From Bacteroidia bacterium (GTDB lineage: Bacteria; Bacteroidota; Bacteroidia; M30B66): a stretch of DNA of 64,000 nucleotides. A program made the translations under genes and the position numbers. Position 1 is the stretch's first letter, and each line of letters starts with the position of its first letter. Shown here one piece after another: positions 10,626 through 17,605 of this stretch. The notes under the pieces are model-generated. The model made no database searches. It saw only the letters and a program-made list of their open reading frames with translations, and was not told the origin of the DNA. The stretch is taken from NCBI GenBank assembly GCA_965279035.1, contig OZ257142.1, positions 1,152,001 to 1,216,000 of the forward strand, read 5' to 3'.

Positions 10626-11210
10626 TTAAAGCATTTTCAAGGTTTGCTTGATCATGTCTTCTACGCTCAGCTCCTTATCGTCAGATTTAATTACTTTATC
10701 TAATGCTTTTTCCGCATTATTCTTTGGAAAGCCGAGTAAAGTCAGTGCAGTTAACGCCTCTACTCTTACTGTATTGTGTAAGCCAGCAAAAAGTTCTGGA
10801 CTTATTGAATCTCGGTCGAATTTGCCCTTCAAATCAACAATAATTCGCTGAGCTGTTTTCTCTCCAATACCTTTTACATTCTTAAGAGTAGTAACATGAT
10901 TGCTCATTACTGCTTCAGCTATTTCGGAGGAACTTAGCGAAGATAAAATCATACGAGCGGTGCTAGCACCAACGCCTGAAACATTTATTAACAAGCGAAA
11001 TGTTTCTCTTTCCGATCGTGTGGCAAAACCATATAGAACGTGAGCGTCCTCACGCACAGCTAGGTGTGCATATAACAAGCAATTTTCCGGATCGCTTATT
11101 TGTGAAAAAGTACTCAATGAAATATTCAACAAATAGCCAACTCCGCCACAATCGATTACGGCATAGGTTGGTGTTTTTTCAATCAGTTTTCCTCTAAAAT
11201 ATTCGTACAT
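10626..11210 (-). CDS. ruvA: Holliday junction branch migration protein RuvA
   Basis: Motifs GVGY, VREDAHVLYGF, HhH motifs VSGVG and VKGIGEKTAQRI, C-terminal AL..LGF domain. Confidence 0.97.
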   Translation of the reverse strand: MYEYFRGKLIEKTPTYAVIDCGGVGYLLNISLSTFSQISDPENCLLYAHLAVREDAHVLYGFATRSERETFRLLINVSGVGASTARMILSSLSSSEIAEAVMSNHVTTLKNVKGIGEKTAQRIIVDLKGKFDRDSISPELFAGLHNTVRVEALTALTLLGFPKNNAEKALDKVIKSDDKELSVEDMIKQTLKML

Positions 11211-11213
11211 AAA

Positions 11214-13487
11214 TCAGGAATGAGCTTGTGCATCAACAACTGCTAAGGTGACCATATTCACAATTTCGCGAACTGAACTACCTAATTGTAAAATGTGAAC
11301 GGGTTTTTTCATACCCAAAAGCAATGGACCAATGGCTTCGGCTGAAGCTAGTTCTTGCATGAGTTTATAGGCAATGTTACCTGCAGCTAGATTGGGGAAA
11401 ATGAGTGTGTTTACTTTATTATCAACTAAACAGGAAAATGGAAACTGTTCTTTGAGCATGTTGTTATTCATGGCAAAATTGGCTTGCAATTCACCATCAA
11501 CAATTAAATCCGGACGGCGTTCATGAAGTATTCTAGCAACTTCACGCATCTTGATTGCATCGGCACCTTCGGCAGAACCAAAATTAGCATACGACAACAA
11601 AGCAATCTTAGGAACTATATTCAAATTACTCACGGCATCAGCAGTAAGAATGGTAATATCTACTAATTCTTCCGCAGTAGGATTGATATTCACCGTTGTA
11701 TCGGAGAAAAATACAGGACCGTTTTTCGTCATGATGATGTACAAACCAGCTACACGACTAACATTTTCGCGGATACCAATAACTTGAAGTGCGGGTTTTA
11801 CAGTATCAGGATACTTTCTTGTTAAGCCCGAAATAAGTGCGTCTGCAGCACCTGTGCGAACCATCATTGCCCCAAAATAATTACGTTCACGCATCATTTT
11901 ACGAGATTCGTAAAGCGTTATTCCTCGACGTTTTCGTAGATCGTAGAAAATATCTGCAAAGGCATATCGGCGTTCATCTTCCTCCGAATTACGAGGATCA
12001 ATAATTTCAACACCATCAATATTGATCAAGAATTCATTACAGATTTCCTGAATTTTCTCTTTGTTACCTAAAAGGATTGGAATGGCAATGCCTTCATTAT
12101 TCACTACCTGAACGGCTTTCAGGATTTTGTAATTATCTGCTTCGGCAAAAATAATTCGCTTCGGATTGGTTTTAGCACGCGTTGTTAAGCGATCCATTAA
12201 GGAATTATCTAATCCCATTCTCCGGATTAATTCCTGCTTATAGGATTCCATATCGGAAATAGGATTTTTCGCAACCCCCGAATCCATTGCTGCTTGTGCA
12301 ACTGCCGGAGCAACATAGGTAATTAGGCGTGGATCGACTGGTTTTGGAATTATGTACTCTCGCCCAAATTGCAGATTGGCTTTATTGTAAGCCATGTTTA
12401 CTTGCTCAGGAACTGGTTGTTTCGCCAAATTAGCAATAGCATAAACAGCCGCCAATTTCATTTCTTCGTTAATGCTTGTTGCACGAACATCCAATGCACC
12501 TCTGAAAATAAAAGGAAATCCAAGCACATTATTCACCTGATTGGGATAATCAGAACGTCCTGTCGCCATGATGATATCTGTTCGTGCTGCTATAGCTTCA
12601 TGATACGGTATTTCGGGATCAGGATTGGCTAAGGCAAACACAATTGGATCTTTCGCCATGCTTCGAATCATGTCTTGATTAACAATGTTCCCTTTCGATA
12701 ATCCAACAAATACATCAGCATTTACAAAAGCTTCAGTCAATGTTTTCTTATCCGTAGTAACTGCAAAAAACTGTTTCTGTGCATCTAAATCTGGACGTGA
12801 TGTACTAATAACACCGGTACTATCACACATCATTAGGTTCTCTTTTTTTACACCCAACTGAAGATATAAACGAGCACAGGAAATGGCCGATGCGCCTGCA
12901 CCATTAAAAACAACTTTTACTTCTCCAATCTTTTTCCCAGCTATCTCAAGGGCATTCAATAATGCCGATCCAGTAATGATCGCTGTTCCATGTTGGTCAT
13001 CGTGCATCACTGGAATCTTTAACGATTCTTTTAATCGACGCTCAATTTCAAAACACTCCGGAGCTTTAATATCCTCCAAATTAATTCCCCCAAATGTGGG
13101 TGAAATCGCCTTGACCGTTTCTACAAATCTATCGATGTCTGTAGCATCAACTTCAATATCGAAAACATCGATGTCTGCAAATATTTTGAATAAAACTCCT
13201 TTCCCTTCCATCACGGGTTTTGAAGCTTCTGGACCAATATTTCCTAAACCTAAAACCGCAGTACCATTCGAAATAACTGCAACCAGATTTCCTTTGGTTG
13301 TGTATTTATAAACGTCTTCGGGATTTTTTTCTATTTCTAAACAAGGCTCAGCAACACCAGGAGAATATGCCAATGACAAATCCCGCTGTGTGGAAGTTGG
13401 CTTACTCGAAATAACTTCAATTTTACCCGGGCGACCATTCGCATGATAATCGAGCGCCTGTTTCTTTTTATAATCGTTCTTATCCAT
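11214..13487 (-). CDS. maeB: NADP-dependent malic enzyme with C-terminal phosphotransacetylase-like domain (start probably MDKNDY at 13487)
   Basis: Motifs LSLAYSPGVA, NGTAVLGLG, KPVMEGK, HDDQHGTA, ATGRSDYPNQVNN; PTA-like C-terminal half (DGELQ, FPNLAAGNIAYK). Confidence 0.95.
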   Translation of the reverse strand: MDKNDYKKKQALDYHANGRPGKIEVISSKPTSTQRDLSLAYSPGVAEPCLEIEKNPEDVYKYTTKGNLVAVISNGTAVLGLGNIGPEASKPVMEGKGVLFKIFADIDVFDIEVDATDIDRFVETVKAISPTFGGINLEDIKAPECFEIERRLKESLKIPVMHDDQHGTAIITGSALLNALEIAGKKIGEVKVVFNGAGASAISCARLYLQLGVKKENLMMCDSTGVISTSRPDLDAQKQFFAVTTDKKTLTEAFVNADVFVGLSKGNIVNQDMIRSMAKDPIVFALANPDPEIPYHEAIAARTDIIMATGRSDYPNQVNNVLGFPFIFRGALDVRATSINEEMKLAAVYAIANLAKQPVPEQVNMAYNKANLQFGREYIIPKPVDPRLITYVAPAVAQAAMDSGVAKNPISDMESYKQELIRRMGLDNSLMDRLTTRAKTNPKRIIFAEADNYKILKAVQVVNNEGIAIPILLGNKEKIQEICNEFLINIDGVEIIDPRNSEEDERRYAFADIFYDLRKRRGITLYESRKMMRERNYFGAMMVRTGAADALISGLTRKYPDTVKPALQVIGIRENVSRVAGLYIIMTKNGPVFFSDTTVNINPTAEELVDITILTADAVSNLNIVPKIALLSYANFGSAEGADAIKMREVARILHERRPDLIVDGELQANFAMNNNMLKEQFPFSCLVDNKVNTLIFPNLAAGNIAYKLMQELASAEAIGPLLLGMKKPVHILQLGSSVREIVNMVTLAVVDAQAHS

Positions 13488-13532
13488 TTGAAAAACAGCA
13501 GCTTGTACTAATAAATAATAAGCTGCAAGCCG

Positions 13533-13540
13533 CAAAAGTA
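13533..13540 (-). promoter_or_regulatory. -7 promoter box (TACTTTTG) for maeB-ruvA-sprA
   Basis: Matches TAnnTTTG and overlaps the ORF-track start, supporting a downstream ATG. Confidence 0.55.
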
Positions 13541-13630
13541 AAAGATTTCAGACCAGTTCAGGCAGGAATGTTCAGGTGGTTTTCAACATTAAAAGGTTGT
13601 TTATTTCATTCTATTTTTCAACTTCGTATA

Positions 13631-14362
13631 ATGGAGGATGATTTAACTATAAAACGACCAAAAATTGTTGTCTTAACGGGTGCTGGTATCAGTGCTGAGA
13701 GCGGTATAAAAACCTTTCGTGATAGTGATGGATTATGGGAAGAACATTCTATTATGGATGTTGCAACACCCGAAGGTTGGAAAAAAAATCCTTCTCTAGT
13801 TCTCGACTTTTATAATCAACGAAGAAAACAACTACTTGAAGTTACTCCCAATGCGGCTCATAGTGCATTAGTAAAATTGGAAGAGTTTTTTGATGTTTCT
13901 ATTGTTACTCAAAATGTAGATGATTTGCATGAAAGAGCCGGGTCATCTAATATTATTCACCTTCACGGAGAATTAAAAAAAGTACGCAGTGAAGTATATT
14001 CTGAACTAATATATACACCCGAACATTGGGAAATTAAATTGGGTGATTTATGTGAAAGAGGTACTCAACTTCGTCCACATATCGTTTGGTTTGGTGAAGA
14101 AGTACCACTTATTTCTGCAGCAACTGAATTAGCAAAACATGCAGATATATTCATTGTTATTGGAACATCTCTCAATGTTTATCCTGCTGCAGGATTGTTA
14201 CATCATGCACCTTTTAACTGTGTAAAATACCTTGTTGATCCTTCCGAAAATCAAGCTGGTTCACTATATCGCTTAACACATATCAAAGAAAAAGCGGGCA
14301 AAGCAGTTCCTGAATTGGTTGAATTATTAATTAGAAATCGAACTGTCAATTCTGGTAATTAA
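13631..14362 (+). CDS. cobB: NAD-dependent protein deacylase (sirtuin); start probably 13631
   Basis: Motifs GAGISAESGIKTFR, FYNQRR, TQNVDDLHERAG, HLHG, RPHIVWFGE, IGTSLNVYPAAG. Confidence 0.93.
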   Translation: MEDDLTIKRPKIVVLTGAGISAESGIKTFRDSDGLWEEHSIMDVATPEGWKKNPSLVLDFYNQRRKQLLEVTPNAAHSALVKLEEFFDVSIVTQNVDDLHERAGSSNIIHLHGELKKVRSEVYSELIYTPEHWEIKLGDLCERGTQLRPHIVWFGEEVPLISAATELAKHADIFIVIGTSLNVYPAAGLLHHAPFNCVKYLVDPSENQAGSLYRLTHIKEKAGKAVPELVELLIRNRTVNSGN

Positions 14363-15198
14363 TCATACAGATTTAAAACCTGCTGATATATAGCATCACG
14401 TTTTTCTTCTAATCGCTGCGCTGCTATGCGTTCTGCTCGATTAAATCCTCCCATATAATATCGTTGATACCAAGGAACTACGGAAAAAAAAGAATTAATT
14501 AATCCGTATTTCAATCCTGTATTTATTCCTAAAGCGATAAAGGCGCCGGTTAATAAAAATGAATTAATTCCGTTTTTAATATCGCCAGAATAAAATTGTC
14601 CCAAACCAGGCATCATCATACTCAATATTCTCGCAGTTCTTGGATTGGGATTTTTAATGTGTTGGACAATATGAAATAAGCTATCTAATTGATTTCTTTT
14701 TTGAATATCATTTTCAGCCAATGCTTGTTTGAATGAGATTCTGCTTTCGTTAAAATTCAGATCATAAAAATAAGCACTACCCAATAGGAAATGTTTGTAT
14801 CGAATTGTGCTATCTGGAAGATTATCACTTAAATCGTATAAATCAACAAACGCAAATTTGTTTCGATGTAGAGCTATTAAACAAGCACATTTTCTTAATG
14901 TAAACCACGATTTTTCTGCATAATCGTCGGAGGTAACTGATGCTTGTAGGTAAAACTTCAATGCCCCTTCAACATCACCTTTTGCTAATCGAATTTTTGC
15001 CAAATGATCGAGCGTACTGATTTTATTTTGACCATTTCCAAAATAGAGCACGCGTTCAAAAGCAAGTGTTGCTGTTTCGTAATTTTTTAAAGCATACTGC
15101 TCCATCCCAAAGCGATATGTTTCTTCAGGATTTTGCGAATATGTAGTTAGAAAGAAACTAAGGTTGCAAAGCAAAAGCAGCACGAACTTTTTGAGCAA
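14359..15198 (-). CDS. Exported TPR protein with C-terminal TM2-like membrane motif (paralog B); probable TTG start at 15198
   Basis: Signal-like LLKKFVLLLLCNLSFFLTTYS-Q, helical TPR-like repeats, motif NPRTARILSMMMPGLGQFYSGDIKNG followed by hydrophobic segments. Confidence 0.7.
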   Translation of the reverse strand: MLKKFVLLLLCNLSFFLTTYSQNPEETYRFGMEQYALKNYETATLAFERVLYFGNGQNKISTLDHLAKIRLAKGDVEGALKFYLQASVTSDDYAEKSWFTLRKCACLIALHRNKFAFVDLYDLSDNLPDSTIRYKHFLLGSAYFYDLNFNESRISFKQALAENDIQKRNQLDSLFHIVQHIKNPNPRTARILSMMMPGLGQFYSGDIKNGINSFLLTGAFIALGINTGLKYGLINSFFSVVPWYQRYYMGGFNRAERIAAQRLEEKRDAIYQQVLNLYD

Positions 15199-15988
15199 GT
15201 TTGTCCGACTGTCTTTTATTGTAACGCTTAGCTGATGTATAGGAACCATAAATATTTCCAAAGTAAAATCCAGTAGCCATCGTGCCGTAAATCCAGCCAT
15301 AAGCCTTATCTGTTCCATGAACATGAAATCCTCTATAAGCAGTAAAACTTGCTGCTGCGATTGTTAAAACGCTAATAATCCCATCTTTCCAGTCGCCAGT
15401 ATAAAACTTACCACTACCAGGTACGATTGCCGACATTGCCATTGCAAGACCGGGTGATTTTCGTTTTAAATGAATTCCTTCTTGGCTAAAAGAACGAAGT
15501 GGTATAATTGAACTTTCTGTAGCTGGAATCTCTGATAAAATCTGTTCTGATTTTTTATAATCCTCATCAAGTAAATAGCTAAATGCTTGATAAAAATGTT
15601 TTCGTTCAGTGCTAATATGTTGATTCGTTTGAATAAAATTTCGAGCAGTTTCGTTCTTGTGATCAGAAATTAAATTATAGGCGAATAAATCGTTGAATGG
15701 AGAATTGATTGTTTGGATTTCAGGATAAAAAACGTTCAATCGATTTATTGCAATCGAATATTCTTGATTTAAACTATAGCATCGAATGAGTGATTCCCGC
15801 AAAGTATCATTTGCAGGTTCTAAAAAAAGCAAGCGCTCATATTCAATTGCAGCCAATGAATATTGTTGCGACTTAAATAAATAAGTAGCAAATTCTTTGG
15901 AATGCGGAATGTCGTAGAGATTTTGGTTAAAAGCACTTTGACAATTGAGCAATAAAAAGAAGAAGAATATTCGGGAATTAAATCGCAT
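15158..15988 (-). CDS. Exported TPR protein with C-terminal TM2-like membrane motif (paralog A)
   Basis: Signal peptide, TPR-like QYSLAAIEYERLLF, motif KSPGLAMAMSAIVPGSGKFYTGDWKDG, hydrophobic segments. Confidence 0.72.
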   Translation of the reverse strand: MRFNSRIFFFFLLLNCQSAFNQNLYDIPHSKEFATYLFKSQQYSLAAIEYERLLFLEPANDTLRESLIRCYSLNQEYSIAINRLNVFYPEIQTINSPFNDLFAYNLISDHKNETARNFIQTNQHISTERKHFYQAFSYLLDEDYKKSEQILSEIPATESSIIPLRSFSQEGIHLKRKSPGLAMAMSAIVPGSGKFYTGDWKDGIISVLTIAAASFTAYRGFHVHGTDKAYGWIYGTMATGFYFGNIYGSYTSAKRYNKRQSDKLAQKVRAAFALQP

Positions 15989-16365
15989 TAGGGATTGTCA
16001 ATAAACAGATTTTTTTCCCTGTCGTAAATGTATTTATCGGGATTCAAACCATTACACCGTTGTAATCGATCTAAAGTGGCAAGCATACCTAAAAAAGCGC
16101 CTTTCTTTTTTACCGCTAAAAGCCCATATTCAGAGCAGGAAGGGTAAAACGTACACTTATTATTATCTTGGGAAGAAACAGCGAATTTGTAAAATAAGAA
16201 AAGACCAGAAAAGAAATATTGAATCTCGTTTGTATTATTCTTAGCAAATGCAAATTCCTGATGAGTATGCGGTTTGTGGAAACTTTGACGTAACTCATCA
16301 GAAGCAAAGTGTTGAGCCATCAATCTACCACTACTTAAGAGGAATAGGCAAATTATATAGCGCAT
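15988..16365 (-). CDS. YidD-like (membrane protein insertion efficiency factor/haemolytic domain) protein with N-terminal signal-like extension; probable start 16365
   Basis: YKFAVS..CTFYPSCSEYG..KKG...G......RLQRCN contains the three-Cys YidD signature; N-terminus MRYIICLFLLSSGRLMAQ. Confidence 0.8.
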   Translation of the reverse strand: MRYIICLFLLSSGRLMAQHFASDELRQSFHKPHTHQEFAFAKNNTNEIQYFFSGLFLFYKFAVSSQDNNKCTFYPSCSEYGLLAVKKKGAFLGMLATLDRLQRCNGLNPDKYIYDREKNLFIDNP

Positions 16366-17026
16366 CGTCTTTAAGCTCATTGATTCGTAAATTTTTGAAG
16401 GTAGATATTTTGGTTTCTTTGCCACTTAGTTTATACAATACTTCAACTATTTCTGAAGGAAATTCCACCCCATTACTTTTTAAAAAGCCTTTAAATATTT
16501 GCTTCTTTATCAATTCGTTTTTAGGAGTGTAGAATGCAATTCCAACAACTTTACCTCCTTGTTTAGATACAACTACTTTCCCAAATGCTTTTTGCATGCG
16601 TTTATCTGGAAGCCAAGTAGTAATTACCATTGTTCCATCACGTTCAACATTACTTAATGTGTAAAGTGATTGTTCTAAACCAAAATTATCTAGTTTGTTT
16701 TGAAGCGCAAACTCAAAGATGGTCGAAGAGGGTAACATGGGAACAAACTGCCTATTCACCAATTTGTTTGCAACAATTCTATTAAATACAGTATCAACTA
16801 TTACCCAATCTTCTTTAGCTGGAAAGGTAACATGATAAACAAGTTTTTTATACGTTCTATCATATAAAACAGAACCCATTGTTAAACTCATTTTACCATC
16901 ACTAAATTTCTCCTTAATAGAGAAGTCTGCCCTTAACCTAAAATAGTGTTGCCCAATTAAGAAATTGGGCAACACGATAGATATTGTAAGCAGAAAAAGG
17001 AAACAGAGTTGTTTCTGTTTATTCAT
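16331..17026 (-). CDS. Exported LolA-fold-like (lipoprotein/lipid carrier-like) protein
   Basis: Signal peptide; ADFS, GSVLY..KLVYHVTFPAKEDWVIVD and C-terminal STFKNLRINELKDDALYNLPIP resemble the LolA strand pattern (by eye). Confidence 0.55.
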   Translation of the reverse strand: MNKQKQLCFLFLLTISIVLPNFLIGQHYFRLRADFSIKEKFSDGKMSLTMGSVLYDRTYKKLVYHVTFPAKEDWVIVDTVFNRIVANKLVNRQFVPMLPSSTIFEFALQNKLDNFGLEQSLYTLSNVERDGTMVITTWLPDKRMQKAFGKVVVSKQGGKVVGIAFYTPKNELIKKQIFKGFLKSNGVEFPSEIVEVLYKLSGKETKISTFKNLRINELKDDALYNLPIPLK

Positions 17027-17029
17027 TTA

Positions 17030-17479
17030 TCAGAAGCTACCAAAGCCTGTTCCTAAAATAAGAACCCAAACAATGATATAAATTATAAATAAACCACCTT
17101 CAACAACAGCACAACCGATAAATGCTTTCTTTGTTTCGTCGCGATCGTCTGCAACAAAGTAAACAACAGCAATACCAGCTACACCAAAACAAGCACCCCA
17201 AACAAATGAAGGGATTCCTAGTGGTGGATCTCCACGAAGTGTAGAAAGAATACCCAGAATGTCGCTTGAATTGTTCACATTCTGAACGAGTGGATTACTT
17301 GGGTTGATTTCAGCAAGAGTGATTCCTTCATTTGCTGAAACAAACTGCTCAAGTTCATTCAATTGTGCAAATTCAGCATTGATCTCTTGATCATCTACCT
17401 TAAATAATTCTGCATTCTCTGCAGCAAAGCCGAGATTGAATGCAAGCGCAAGAAGCGCAGTAAATAGTGCTTTTTTCAT
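17030..17479 (-). CDS. Hypothetical exported protein: signal peptide, acidic region and C-terminal Gly-rich two-helix membrane hairpin
   Basis: MKKALFTALLALAFNLGFA signal; acidic helical segment; WGACFGVAGIAVVYFV-ADDRDETKK-AFIGCAVVEGGLFIIYIIVWVLIL. Confidence 0.8.
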   Translation of the reverse strand: MKKALFTALLALAFNLGFAAENAELFKVDDQEINAEFAQLNELEQFVSANEGITLAEINPSNPLVQNVNNSSDILGILSTLRGDPPLGIPSFVWGACFGVAGIAVVYFVADDRDETKKAFIGCAVVEGGLFIIYIIVWVLILGTGFGSF

Positions 17480-17505
17480 ACGTTTTAGCTTTTTGTTCTT
17501 ATTGG

Positions 17506-17513
17506 CAAATATA
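17506..17513 (-). promoter_or_regulatory. -7 promoter box (TATATTTG) for the five-gene 17479-14359 operon
   Basis: Matches TAnnTTTG, 26 nt upstream of ATG 17479. Confidence 0.6.
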
Positions 17514-17605
17514 ATCGGTTTGGATTCAATCCAACAAGTAGTTGATTTTTATCACCTATTTTTTTAACGATCCTTCTATACATAGTTGTTGAAATCTAAC
17601 TTGAA

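Noticed and set aside
896-13311. Many 60-140 aa plus-strand ORFs opposite ALDH, deoC, gcvH, sprA, ruvA and maeB (and similar ones throughout the window)
   Set aside because: Antisense shadows of well-supported genes, with no recognisable motifs.
15199-15324. ORF-track N-terminal extensions (also for gcvH, maeB, cobB, the YidD-like gene, csp, S41 protease, rnr, Rieske and the PID-CTERM gene)
   Set aside because: The extensions overlap neighbouring genes or promoter boxes; downstream starts give proper signal peptides or family-typical N-termini.
17030-17479. Annotation as ATP synthase subunit c (atpE)
   Set aside because: It has a signal peptide and pro-region, lacks the RQP loop and is not in an atp operon; the resemblance is limited to hairpin topology and one Glu.
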